Source: the human T2T-CHM13v2.0 reference genome, Homo sapiens. Taken from it: 64,000 nucleotides of DNA. The notes under the pieces are model-generated. The model saw only the letters and a list, made by a program, of their open reading frames with translations, ran no database searches and was not told the DNA's origin. The position numbers and the translations under genes are program-made. Positions 39,210 through 52,370 of this stretch are shown piece after piece; the first letter of the stretch is position 1; every line of letters starts with the position of its first letter. The stretch lies in the NCBI RefSeq assembly GCF_009914755.1, contig NC_060936.1; one strand, 5' to 3'.

Positions 39210-39706
39210 TGTTTTGCACATTGCTACATCTCAAGTGCAAAGAAGAGATACTCAATGATTTCCTGCAAAGACTCACCTGGCAAGTAATATACATTAATAT
39301 GAACCATCTCCCACCCATCTTCATGAAAGCAATTGATATAATGTTTGACTAACTCTCTTTCTCATATAATTCAAGTACTTGTTCTAACACTTTTAAAGTA
39401 TCTACTCTGGCACTTATCAGCTAACTGGGGAGGGAAAGGGAGAACAAGAAAAAGATAACCGTGATAGGCAGATTGGGATGCAAGAATAGACCAGGTAGTA
39501 CATAGTTCAGCTGTTTAGCAAAGGAATTGACTGTCCCAAGTATTAGCAAAAGAATTGATTGGCCCAAGTAAGACTCACCACTGTTGACCCCTTGAGCAGC
39601 TGGGAGCATTCACTCGCCTGTTCCTCAGTTCAGTCTCCCGTGCCATGGCAGGGGAGAAGCCCTTCAAGCAGCTTCATAACAAAGAGTCAGTGTTTGCTTT
39701 ATCTGA

Positions 39707-40303
<597 letters not shown>

Positions 40304-41089
40304 GAACTCATTAAGACAATTAGAAGGCACTTACAACTCAATGCTAATCCAATCTTCTTCCTGTTGATGAACAAAGTATGGTGGGCATTTTCTCACTGAT
40401 TTTTGAAGCATATGAATCTAAGAAGGATGGAGATGGATTCCTGTATGTGCTATATGCCTCTCAGGAGATACTTGGAATAAAATAGTCTGTGTAAGGTTAC
40501 AAAAATGCATCTATTCTAGAATTTCTGAAACACTTACTAAGGAAAAAAGGAATGTTATCAACAGTTCATCTAATCACAGATCATCCAAACAGAGGTATTC
40601 TCACCTAGGAGTTTTAGGAAGTTGTTTTTGTATTTTCAAACAGAGAAAAAGCTCTAAATGAGCACACTCAGCTTTGGATACTATATTATTTAACCTAGGC
40701 TATCTTGTTTTCAAATTTTATAAGCTTAAAAATAAAATACTTGACATTCTAAGTCACAAAAAGTATAAAAAAGAAGAATAGAAAGTGATTAATGAGGATT
40801 AAGGACATCTGGCATGGCTTTCTGTTGGAGATGAAATTTAAATTGAGTCTCACAAAAAGGGTGAGACTCAGACAAGCAGAAAAAAGAAAGATAAAATTCC
40901 ATGCCAGGGAATGCAATAAGTAAAACTTTGATATCATAAATTTGCACACTCTATTCAAGAAACTATAAGAGAAGTATAAGGAGATAAGTCTGGATTCATA
41001 GATAGTACTTTGGGAGAATTTTGCTTTAATTTTTTTTATTCATGTTTTATGAATATGAAATATTTTAAGCTTATAAAGAAATCCAGGAA

Positions 41090-41330
41090 GTATAGTATTG
41101 ATAGTATAACAGGATAACTATAGTCAATAATAACTTAATAGTACATTTTAAATTACAAGGGTATAATTGGATTGTTTGTAACTCAAAGGATAAATGCTTG
41201 AGGTGATGAACACCCCATTTCCATGATGCTATTATTACGCATTGCATGCCTGTATCAAAACATCTCATGTACCCTATAAATACATACACCTACTATGTAC
41301 CCATAATTTTTTTTTATTATTTAGAATAAA
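41090..41330 (+). mobile_element. L1MA (MA1-3) 3' end
   Basis: gtataattggattgtttgtaac, aaaggataaatgcttgaggtgatg, cattgcatgcctgtatcaaaacatctcatgtacc. Confidence 0.88.
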
Positions 41331-41674
41331 GTTACACAACAGAAAGCTATGTGTCTATCACAGACTTTAAATAGATGTTAAAATTTGTCATCTGTGCCGG
41401 GGCTGCGCATTTTAGGCCGGAGGCAGGCAGTAGGTTGAAGGGATAACACAACATCACAGGGCCAGCACAAAGTGTTTTCTTAGACTCTGAACTACACTCA
41501 GAGATTGGGAGGGAGGGAAAAGAAATGTGTAATAATTTCCCCAGTTAATCGTTTTTAACACTGTATCATTCTTAAATACTGATACCTAATGGAGATAAGT
41601 AAAAGACTGATACAAACTTTTAAGTTAAAATATAAACTATCAAAGAAAACTTTTACATGCTGCATCTACACAAG

Positions 41675-41692
41675 GACTACATTCCCAGAACC
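41675..41692 (+). promoter_or_regulatory. ZNF143/THAP11 (SBS)-like motif
   Basis: GACTACATTCCCAGAA versus the ACTACAnnTCCCAGAATGC consensus (spacer 1 nt short). Confidence 0.35.
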
Positions 41693-42308
41693 CACACTAG
41701 ACCCTCCCCGTAGGAATACACCGATTTCTCTCTTTTGCTGTTAAATAGACTTCTGTGAAGAAAATATGAGATGTTCTCTTTCGGGTCATAAGGACTCACT
41801 GAAGTAGTACATGTTTATGGAGCTTCGCATTCTAAATACTAAAATTACACTGTTTGCAACTTAAATTGAGTGTTATCCCATTAGTCCATTAAATAAGAAT
41901 GGGCAGAAACCATGGAACATTCTGGAGTCTTTCTCTGGAGGCAAGAGAAGATTGCCCCCACTGAGTAATATATAAAAGAATGGCAGAAGATAAAAATGTT
42001 GCACTTTGATTTTGTCATGACTCATATGTGTTCAATTTAGCAGTTACTTACATGAAGTTTCAAGTGAGCAGTGCTAACCCTAACCTTTGTTCTTCTCCCT
42101 CCCGGAGGAGGGCTCAAGTCTCCAGGATGACATGAAGGGCAAGGAGGGAAATCCAGGCAGTGAGCTGCTCAGATTGCTCCATTCCTGGGCTGGCTTACGC
42201 ATGGCACCAGGCAATCAAGCCTGAGTCTCTGTCTGCTCTTCTACAGTGTCCTCCAGGCCCTATTGTCAACCATGCAAAACAGATAATACCATGAGAAAAC
42301 ACAGTCAC

Positions 42309-42664
42309 TGTTATGGATGGAGTGTTTGTGTCTCCACCTCTGCTTCCCCAGTTCATATGTTGAAGTCCTCACCTCCAGTGCGATGGTAGCAAAAAATGGG
42401 GTCTTTGGGAGGTAATTAGGTTTAGTTGAGGTCATGAGGAATTAATGCCCCTATTAGAAGAAGAGACATCAGAGCTTCCTCTCTCACCATGTGAGGACAC
42501 ATCAAGAGGACAGCTGTCTGTAAGCCAGGAAGAGGCTTCCTCAGAAATTGAATCAGCCAGTATCTTGATTTGGGCCTTCCAGCCTCCAGAATGTGAGAAA
42601 TCAATGTCTGTTGTTTAAGCCATCCAGTCTAGGGTATTTTGTTATAGCAGCCCAAGCTAAGACA
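42309..42664 (+). mobile_element. MLT1A/MSTD-like MaLR solo LTR
   Basis: tgttatgg...gtctttgggaggtaattagg...ccagcctccagaatgtgagaaa...agctaagaca; perfect 5-bp TSD gtcac. Confidence 0.9.
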
Positions 42665-44181
42665 GTCACATCATTTATTAACGATGAAAGAACCCCAGAA
42701 GTTATCCAACTCTCACTCTTTGATTTACAGGGATCATAGTGTAACAATTAAGATTATGAGATCTAGTTCAAAGACCCAGCTCTGCTACTTACTCTGTGTC
42801 TCAATATCTCCTTTGTAAAATGTATATACTTTGTCACTTACAGAACTGCTGTGAGAATTGGGTAATACATAGAGTACATTCAGAAGAGTGCTTGACATTA
42901 TGTTTTCAGTGCTGGTTTTATTATATATTTGTATAAAACCCAAGAACATTCTAGTCTGTATTTCTTGTTTTGTATCCTCACAAATTCCTACCCAGTCTCA
43001 TCCCCTTGGCAAGCTTATCAATTTACCTACATTCCCACCCAAATTAGGCATATACTTCCACCTCCCCACATTTCCAAGACCTTGTCATTTGTTGTTGGGG
43101 TGGTCTGATGGTCTAAACTACCTTATTTGGTGCCCTTGCTGCCCTTCCCTGGTGATAACTCTAATAGTAATTGATTTTCTACCAAGCATGCATAAAACAT
43201 ATCTAGAAGGTTTACAGCTAAAAATATTAACCTTGTTCTGTGTATTTTCTCTTGCACTAATACCCCCTAGCCAACACTGAAACTGCCAAAAGTTTATTAA
43301 TGTGAACTGCCAACCTCAGTGCCAGCTGCAGTTTCTCTTCTAAGAGACATTTTTTCCAGGGCTTTTACCTCTAGGATGATCCAAGCGGGAGAAGAGAGAG
43401 AAAGCAGAGGAGCAATTTTAAAAGAACTATACGGAGAGGAGGGCTTAGATGGGTGAGAAACAAGAACCTTCTGCTGTATTATACAAAGAATGAAGAGAAT
43501 GACTGTCTCGGAGACGGGCTCACACTCATTTCTTGTGGACCTCCTGCCACATAACAATCCTGGATATATAGAAGGGCCCTCACCCCTTAATAGACAAGAT
43601 CAAAGCAGGGGAAGCCTAATGGGAAAATCTTGCATCCTGATAAAGGTGATACTAAACTGAACTTGTGGGGAACTTCCTTGTGTGAAGGAGATATATATTC
43701 AGTTTCTGTGGTCAAGTTTATCGAAAAATGAAAAAAATAACCATCCACTCTATCTTAAAGAAACCTATTTGTGTTGAATTAATTTCTTTGTAAATTTCAC
43801 TGTTTTTGCCTATTTGGGGGTACAGCAGCACAGCTTCTCTCAGATATTGGATCTTCTTAATTTAAATTCAAACATACTAATTTCATTATATATTGTATAT
43901 ATCATTATTTTGCTCCCAAACAAAGTTCCTACATGGGACTGAAAAGAACAGAGAAAAGTCAAGCCTGGTGGTACACACTTTGCAATCATCCATGCAGAAC
44001 AAATAATTGAAGCCATGAGAATAACTGAAATCTTGGAAAAGAGAGTAAAAGCGGAGAAGAGCAAGTCTTCAAGGGCAAAGTCACAAGAACCCACAAATGT
44101 TCTTGCAGGAGAATGAGAAAGAGGTGCTCTCCTACATGAGAGAGTAATTAACCAAAGATGTAGAGAACAAGAAAGAATTGG

Positions 44182-44483
44182 AGCTGGGCACAGTGGCTCA
44201 CGCCTGTAATTCCATCCCTTTGGGAGACTGAGGTGGGTGGATCACTTGAGCTCAGGGGTTCAAGGCCAGTCTGGGCAACATGATGAAACCTCATCTCTGC
44301 CAGAAATACAAAAAAAAAAAAAATTAGCTGGGCTTGGTAGCATGCATCTGTGATCCCAGCTACTTAGGAGGCAGAGGAGGGAGGATAACTTGAGTTTGGG
44401 GGGAAGGGGTTGCAGTGAGCCAAGATTGTGCCACTGCACTCCAGCCTGGGCAACAGAGTGAGACCCCATCTCAAAGAAAAAAA
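44182..44483 (+). mobile_element. AluJb, inside L2 fragments (~43950-44640, minus)
   Basis: Full dimer; gggaggataacttgag; TSD aaagaattgg. Confidence 0.93.
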
Positions 44484-45889
44484 AAAGAATTGGAAGAAAA
44501 ATGTCAAGTAATGAGGGCTTGGCCAATCAAGTTGATTGAGGCAAAAAGAAAATGGGAGTTGAGAAAAATCTTCTGGATTTACCTATTGGGAAGCTCTTGT
44601 GATCCTCAAAGAAGGAGTTTCAGTGAAGTGCTGGAAGGAGATACTCCATTACAAGAAGCTGAAGAGGGTGAGGCTACTCTGGTTCCATGGAATAAAAAGA
44701 CAGCTGTAGACATAGATCTATGGGCTCTGCTCATAGATCCTGCCTTCCTCATTCATGGGGCTGCAAGTACTATGGTCCTTCACCCAGACTCACTCAGTCC
44801 AGCTCCTCTGGTGGGCCATCTCTCACCCAGGAAACAAGCACATTGGGATATTCTGGAAAGGGTTTTGGCATTGGTTGTGGGATTCATCCAAGAATCCAGG
44901 ATTCCAGCAGAACGTTTGTACTGAGTTGTGGCCTTCTCTCCACCTCCCATCCTTTTGGCTCCCACATTGTTACTAGGCTTCAGCTTTGGCTTTTGGATTG
45001 GCATTGCTATTTACCCACGGGTAGAAGAACATGCCCTGAATCCTATCACCTCCTGTCTTGGAAACTGGCTCGCTGACTAGCCTTTACATAACCCTCTCCA
45101 AGGTCTGAATTCTGTTTATAAGCCCTAGCGGGGAGTCATGGTCCTAAAGGACTAACTGCACAGAAGGAAGATACTGTGACCCACATGACTTCAGCTTTTA
45201 TCACCATTTCCTAGAATTTTTTGCCACCTGCCCAAACCACAGGATTGGTCTTAAATGGAGATTAGCTATCATTTCTGTTGCATACAGTGTGTTAATGTAA
45301 AAGAGTCCTCTGCCTTCTCCTGACTAACATGATCTATCACCTGTAGCTATACCACTCTGGATGGCCTTCAGTTCCTTGGCTTGTGTTCTAGCTTATGAAA
45401 TGTCCCTCCCAAGCTTTTCCCTTTATGGAGATAGTTTGAACACTATTCTCTGGCCTTAAACCCCACCCTACTTCCAAGACACATAAAAACATGCACGCGC
45501 AAAGTAAAGACATGTACACACACATACAACCTTCGATTTTAGATTATGCTTTCATTCCTATGGGTCCCATAGCTTGGTAGAGTCATGGATCTCCTAAAAC
45601 TCCACCATCTAGGTGAAACCCCAACTATAGTCTCCCTAATCCCCCAGGCTGAGTAGACAGAATCAGATATAGCATTAGTTTATATCAACAGGAACCTACT
45701 GTCTAGATAAAGGGAAGCAAGAATCTTACTGTAATTGGCACTGGGAAAAGACACAACCAAGCACTGAATTAAATTTGGATAAGTTCATTTTAACTTTGGT
45801 GTCAATTCTTACAAAGTTCTAGCAATGACAAACAAGAAGTCTGACAACCTAATGTCTTAATTAGAAATAAAGCCAACAAACGTAAGAGA

Positions 45890-46687
45890 AAATTCAACAT
45901 CACTGATCATTAGAGAAACACAAATCAAAACCACAGTGAGATAACATCACACGCCAGTCAGAGTGGCAATTGTTAAAAAGTCAAGAAACAACAGATGCTG
46001 GCAAGGCTGTGAAGAAAAAGGAATGCTTTTACATTGTTGGTGGGAATATAAATTAGTTCAACCATTGTGGGAGACAGTGTAGTGATTCCTCAACGATCTA
46101 GAAAAAGAAATACCATTGGACCCAGCAATCCCATTACATATATCCCATTATATATATTATTATATACATTTAAATAATTCTATTATAAAGAAACATGCAT
46201 GTATATGTTCATTGCAGCACTATGCACAAAAGCAAAGACATGGAATCAACCAAAAGGCCCATGAATGATAGACTGAATAAAGAAAATGTGGTACATATAC
46301 ACTATGGACTACGATGAAGCCATAAAAAAGAATGAGATTATGTCCTTTTCAGGAACATGGATGGAGATGGAAGCCATTATCCTCAGGAAACTAACACAGG
46401 AACAGAAAACTAAACACTGCATGTTCTCACCTGTAAGTGCGATCTGAACAATGAGAACACATGGACACAAGGAGGGGAACAACATACACAGGGGCCTGTA
46501 GTGGGGTGGGAGGAGAGAGAGCTTTGGGATAAATAGCTAATGCATGCGGAGCTTAATACCTAGGTGATGGGTTGATAGGTGCAGCAAACCACCATGGCAC
46601 ACGTTTACTTATGTAACAAACCTGCATGTCCCCCAGATGTATCCCAGAACTTAAAACAAAATAAAAAGTTTTAAAAAATAAATAAAT
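45890..46687 (+). mobile_element. L1PA (about PA10-13) 3' ~0.8 kb
   Basis: caaatcaaaaccacagtgagata, aacaacagatgctggcaagg, gacccagcaatcccattac, then 3'UTR and A-rich tail. Confidence 0.95.
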
Positions 46688-47187
46688 ATGATGTACATCT
46701 ATTTTAAAACTAGACCTTTTTTTTTTTTAAACTGTGGAGTATGGTTGACAAGGAGTGTGGCAGATATACTTCAAAAGCAATCAGAAATACAGTTTCTTAG
46801 GATCCGCTGATCTCTAACATTCCTTTTAGGTCTTATAGCCTGAGACCCTGAAAAAATAAGGTTATTGTAATATTATTCAGAAGTTTCCAATTCAAATTTT
46901 CCTGTATTGTTTCCTCTTTCCAATAGTTGATGCCTCTGGCAGCACTTCCAAGAATCTCTTTCCTGCATCAGAGAATATCTTTTGAAAGACAGTAAGTGAC
47001 TAAATTAGTGAGATGATGGGTTAATAAGCTGATAGTCTCATATAATTTCTGTGGCAGGTTAAATGTGATGAGGGCTCAATGTTGGATCAAATTTCAATCA
47101 GGGATCAAATGAGGGGTAATTTAGCAAAAAAGAAAAAATCACCCTTTTTAGTAACTCTGTAACTAGAACTTTCATTATGTTACACAT

Positions 47188-47704
47188 TGTGGTAGGCACA
47201 TTAATGATCCCACCCACCCCAAATGTCCACATCTAATTCCCAGAAGTTGTGAATATGCTATCTCAGATGGCAAAGGGGACTTGCAGATGTGATTAAGTTT
47301 ATAGACCTTGATATGGGGAAAGTACCCCAGATTATGTATACAGTCCCAATCTAATCATAAAAATCATTTAAGTTGAAGAGTCTTTCCCAGCTGTGTTCAG
47401 ACAGAGATTGAATAACTGAAGAAAGGTCAGAGAGATGCAACAGTGCTAGCTTTGAAGATGAAGGAAAGGGACATGAGTCAAGAAATATGGGTACTTTCTA
47501 GAAGTTGGAAAAGACAAAGAAACAGCTTTCCCCCTAGACATCATTGAGCAACACAGTCCCACTGATGCTCACTGCTGCCTTGATTTTGGCCCAGTGAGAC
47601 CTGTGTTGGACTCCTGACCTACTGACACTGTAAGATGATAAATTTCTATTGCTTAATCACTAATTTGTGGTAATGAGTTGTGTACACAGTAGAAAACTAA
47701 CACA
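47188..47704 (+). mobile_element. MLT1D MaLR solo LTR
   Basis: tgtggtaggc...ggcaaaggggacttgcagatgtgattaag...ctttgaagatg...gcccagtgagacc...gaaaactaacaca. Confidence 0.9.
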
Positions 47705-47819
47705 TATATTGAACATATATATTTTTTTTACTTATGGTCCGCTCTCCAGTACAAATTCTGCCCAGAGGACTAATACCTTGCAAACTCTGTGTATAAATAC
47801 CTTTTAAAATTTTACTAAC

Positions 47820-48460
47820 AATTACATGTTTCATTTACATAGTGTTTATCATGTAAGATAGGCAGGCTATGGGTGAATATTCCCATTTAATAGATGAGGA
47901 AACTGAGCTTTAGACTGTAAAGTGTCTTGCTCAAAGTTGCAGAATTGATAAGAGAGTGGTTGGGATAGAATGTCGATTCTTGTCTTTTGACTCTTTCAAT
48001 CTTTTTTCCATAGCACCAACTCTGTCTCTAGCATTATTTCATGTGCTCCTCATATCAACAGCAGAAGAAACAGATACAGATGCCATTGTTTTTATTTTAT
48101 GGATGCAAAATTGTAGAGGAATTAAGTGATCAGTACTGAAACCAGGACAAGAACTCCTTACATTTAACTTGTAATCTAGGGCTCTTTCTGATTTGCACGG
48201 CCACGTATAAACTATGGTGTGTATGCCTAGGTTTAACACATGCAGGATATTTAAAGGAGAGAACGTATAGTTTAAATAAAAACAAACTTGACTTAGTATT
48301 GACCTAAGTTAGTTAATGTCCTTGAATCTTAATTTTCTCATTTGTAAAATACAAATAGTATATCAGCTTGACATAATTGTTGAAAGGATTTGTTCAGTTT
48401 TCAACAATAATGAGAAAGTTGCATTTAAACACAGCTCCTGGCATATATGAATATGTAAGC
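47820..48460. mobile_element. Cluster of MIR fragments (two minus, one plus)
   Basis: agatgaggaaactgag...cttgctcaaagt; tctcatttgtaaaat. Confidence 0.65.
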
Positions 48461-50043
48461 ACATTGTGTCAGGGTATCATGTCAATTTCATGACAGCTTT
48501 ATGTTCCTCCTCATAGACAAACAGAATCCACATTTTCAATCTGTCAAAAGTCACTAAATACTGGCTCCAATCAAGCTAATAAATCCAACCAAAGAAAGAG
48601 ATATGGGGAAAACAAGATGTTCCCTTCATTATCATGGATGAATCTGTAGTGGTCCCTTTCCCTTCTTGAGTCCAAAAGGAAAACTTACATGAATGTGAAG
48701 GATTTAGTCTTCTGGGCTTCTGATAATTAGAGACACAAGAAAAAGTGAGTTTTAACTTCAGTGAACCTTTCCAAGAGAAATTGCAATCATGTTCAAGTCT
48801 GTTCCATTTGTATGGTCTCTATCAAATCAAAGTTAATGGGAACAGAGAGACCCCAACTTGAACAGGGAGCTCCTAAAATGCTAGGAAAATACATTTTCCA
48901 CAATCATTTAAAAATACAGTACTACTTGACATAACTCTAGAAGGAACTTCTGTGGCTCAGCACAAACCTGCTCTCTTGAGATAAATACAACATTCTATAA
49001 GTAAAAGCCTCTTTTTAAAAAAAGAAAATGACTAATTAGCAATGGGACTGTAGATTGTGTTTTACTATGATGTAAGTTCTGATTATTTGGGGTATTTTTA
49101 TATTCTCATAATGAAGATTGCTAATACTATCTTATCTAAAGCAATTTTGAAGAAATACATATTTCTTTACCCAAAATAATTCTTCATAGACACTGTCATT
49201 TTGGATAATAAAAAGCAGATAAAACATTTTATAAATAACTATTTAAACATTTATTATTTATTACTCTATGATTTTCCTTTGCGATATAAATTAAAGGGAG
49301 ATTAGGAATCTTTGGAATATTTTAGTTCTTTGAGTATATGGATCATGAAATCCATCTCATGCTTTTTCTTCCCATTAAACATTGAAAACAGGTTATTAAA
49401 ATAGACACACCGATGATATCTACCAACGACTTCTAAAGTCCTTGTATCCTCATGATATATATTAAATATGTATTCTTATATCCTATTGAGTAATCAGAAA
49501 ATGTCATCAGTAAACCTGCATAACTGAAATGAATTCAGCATAAAAGTAAGGAGTCTCAGAATTAGATAGAAGTGTCAGCTCTCATGGGCTTCTTCACTTG
49601 GGCATCCTAAAAGCTATTTTAATTCAACATTCCCCAAACTGAACTCAACATCCCCTTCTACCCTTCTCCAACCTACTCTTCCTCTAGGTTTTCCATTCTG
49701 AATGGCAGCAGCCCCGCCTCCCACCTCTTCACCCTGGTTGTGAGCCTGGTTACTTTTCCCCCTCCCTCCTCACAATCAGCAAATTTCTACATCTTGACAG
49801 TCACTCTTTAAATATCCCTTGACTTCGGTCAGAATACCACCACCTAAGTCTATACATCCAACCTCTGTCACGTGGATACCGGAAATTATTTCTTAGCTAA
49901 TCTCCTGCTCTGCTCTCATTTCTCTCCTCGCCATTGACACCTAGTTTCTTAACTATCACTTATGAGACTCCTGTGCTCAAAATTGTTCTTTTGCATCTCA
50001 CTCCCTATAGGATGAAGACCATACACCTTAGCATGGAGTAAAA

Positions 50044-50090
50044 TATTAGGTTGGTGTAAAAGTAATTGCAGTTTTTGCCATTACTTTCAA
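50044..50090. mobile_element. MADE1 (Hsmar1 MITE), one arm only
   Basis: tattaggttggtgtaaaagtaattgcagtttttgccattactttcaa is the TA site, left TIR and spacer; the right TIR is absent. Confidence 0.88.
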
Positions 50091-50114
50091 GAAAACTTTC
50101 ATTGCTTAGATCCT

Positions 50115-50115
<1 letters not shown>

Positions 50116-50151
<36 letters not shown>
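50116..50151 (+). repeat. Poly(A)36
   Basis: Direct read. Confidence 0.95.
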
Positions 50152-50153
<2 letters not shown>

Positions 50154-50809
50154 TACATTTTGCTGGTTGTGCATAAGTGCCCTGAACTTGGCCATTCTGA
50201 ACTCTTGGAGGTTTGCTTCAAATATGGCATGCCCCTTCACAGCTCTGCACCGGCTCATCTACTGTCCTTACCAACTAAATTAGCTCCCCGCAACTTATCT
50301 GCCAATAAACTTCTGCTTGTTCTTTAAAAGGCTCTCTTCAGCTGCCCTTTCCTAATAACCCTGCTTTGCTCCAAGAGGCACTCCTTTCTCTCCCTGTACA
50401 GCATCCATTATGCTGACTTTACTTGTTTGTCTCCCTCGTTAAATGATAAGCTCTTTACGGGCTTCTTGTTCATAATTGCTTTCTGATAAATGAATGGTTC
50501 TAGGCTAACATTTTCCCCTGTCAAAGGAGGTAATTTAGCTCCAGAGAGGTTGAGCAACTTGCCCAAGGCCACATAGCTGAATAACAGACAAGCCATCCAG
50601 GAAGACACCACAGGCCTCCAGATGCCAGCCTAGTAATTACTGTCTGCATCCAGATGCTTTCATATTTAGCATAATCATATCTTACAGCAACAGCTTTCCC
50701 TGAGTTTTCTATGTTTACTAGTAAACTATTACTGTTGAATCAACTTTTTTTTTTTCACCAATGCCTTGATTTTCTCTTGGGAAACTACCTCTTACATATT
50801 CTCAGTGCT

Positions 50810-51527
50810 GTAATTAAAACAGGGCCGGCTCCATACCCTGACTTCAGAAAAAGGTAAGTGACACAGGGCTGCCCAATGGGAGTGCTATGTCCTCTGAGCA
50901 AATCAGAGACAATGAGCGTCAGCCCAGGACTTGAGAAAGAAAAGCTCTGTTTCCACTGGGCTATGAAGCTGAACTGAGAGAATAGACTCAGAAAGAAGTC
51001 AAAAGAGAGAAACACAGAGTTGAGAGATTTCTGAGGAAATGGTTTGAACACCTCCAGCCAGTCATTTCATATGCCAATATGGGGAAGTTTTGTCATGTGT
51101 TGACTTGGCTAAGCTACACTCTGTCACTCAGAATCCCCTTTGCTATAAATGTCTGATTAGAGTGGAACGCAAAAGACATTTTGCATGGGATTCAGAAGGT
51201 GGAGGTGAAGGCAACCACATTGTTTTTATGTCTGAAAGGGCTGGGCAGGGGCACCAGGTTCTGCTGCAGTGCATGTGCTTTGTCAGTTATCTACTGACTT
51301 TCCTTTGTTGTTGTGAGTCAACAGCCAGATTTACATCTACTCCACCTTCCCTCAGATTCTCTTACACTTTCACCGGCTCCTGGGCCAAGTGCATGTTTAG
51401 CTTGCACTTGGAAAGCATGACACTTGGAAAGATGACAAAGGGTGCCATCTTTCCTTCTGCAGGAAGGAGTTGACGTGGTCTGCAGATGGTAAGACACAGA
51501 CCAGGTTCCAGTCCATCCTCAGAGGTC

Positions 51528-51570
<43 letters not shown>

Positions 51571-51704
51571 ACTTTCCTGCTAGACAGCTAGCTCTGAAGT
51601 CTTCATGCTCCAGCATCAGAAATGAAGACAACAGCTATATGAAAACTCATGAACTAACCAGCTTTCAAAATTGCATAGATCTAATTCTTGTAATAAATCT
51701 CTTA

Positions 51705-51735
<31 letters not shown>

Positions 51736-51910
51736 CACAGACACCTTTGATCGATTGAGCCGTTCTCTGATTGGACCCCAGCTGATACAGAATATTATCA
51801 AGTATCTTTTTCATTACATAGTTAATGTTTAAGTCAGTATGGTTTAAGTTTAAATTTAAGCCAGATGGAATTTGGTTTCTGTCACTTGCCACTAAAAAAT
51901 GATTAATATG
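50810..51910 (+). mobile_element. MLT1K-like LTR split by an ERVL-type LTR (~51090-51789) containing (TA)n and (TG)n(CG)n
   Basis: MLT1 motifs gtttgaacacc and ggtttctgtcacttgcca; inner element tcatgtgttgacttggctaagcta...tctctgattggaccccagctgataca. Confidence 0.6.
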
Positions 51911-51924
51911 CAGGATTACCCTAT

Positions 51925-52052
51925 TTTGACTAAGCAACTTGATATCCTGAGGGCAAGATCTGTCCTTCGCTTCTCCTTAAATCCCCAGCATGCAGCAAAA
52001 TGTCAGATACATAGTAGGCACTCGACAGGCACATGTTGAATGAACTAACTAA
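51925..52052 (+). mobile_element. L2a 3' end
   Basis: cctgagggcaagat...atccccagca...catagtaggcactc...tgttgaatgaa. Confidence 0.75.
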
Positions 52053-52099
52053 AGGCCACAGAATAAAAATATTCTCTAGGGGACCCAGAGTTGAAGCCT

Positions 52100-52370
52100 C
52101 ACACAATGTGAATCGTGTGGAAGATGAAATGCGAGATGAGAGGAACCCCATGCCTCTGCAGAAAGCCATGAAGATCCTGGGTCTGAGAAGCAGCTGGGCC
52201 TCCCACCTGGCCGCCTGGAGGAAGGCGCAGCACAGGCCTGACATCTCATGTTCACCACAAGCACAACAGGTGTCCTGGGGCCAGCCAGCCCTCGCACGGA
52301 AGCGAACTTCCTGTCACTGCCGACAGGGATTCACTAGATGTACATAACAGAAGTGGCGCAGGAAGGCATT
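52100..52370. promoter_or_regulatory. GC/CpG-elevated unique segment with an ETS-site cluster (candidate enhancer)
   Basis: ACGGAAGcgaACTTCCTGT 52296-52314 and CAGGAAG ~52359; ~10 CpGs in 52020-52360. Confidence 0.35.

Larger units (their letters stand above)
49575..50490 (+). mobile_element. L2 fragment interrupted by half-MADE1 and a poly(A) insert
   Basis: ttcaacattccccaaactgaactca, ccctataggatgaagacc...ccttagcatgg, cttgtttgtctccc. Confidence 0.7.

Noticed and set aside
39134-39352. ORF with a 10-His run
   Set aside because: The His run is a (CAT/CAC)n microsatellite; no homology or exon structure recognised
42075-42086. Telomere-like ctaaccctaacc
   Set aside because: Only two units; expected by chance
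44415-44924. Longest ORF (169 aa)
   Set aside because: Non-ATG start inside AluJb, then reads through L2 and LTR-like DNA; no recognisable domain
50044-50090. miR-548 gene
   Set aside because: Only one MADE1 arm, so no hairpin is possible
50806-50859. Plus-strand mini-exon ending AAG|GTAAGT
   Set aside because: Lies in an MLT1 LTR with no partner plus-strand exons; perfect donors arise by chance in 64 kb
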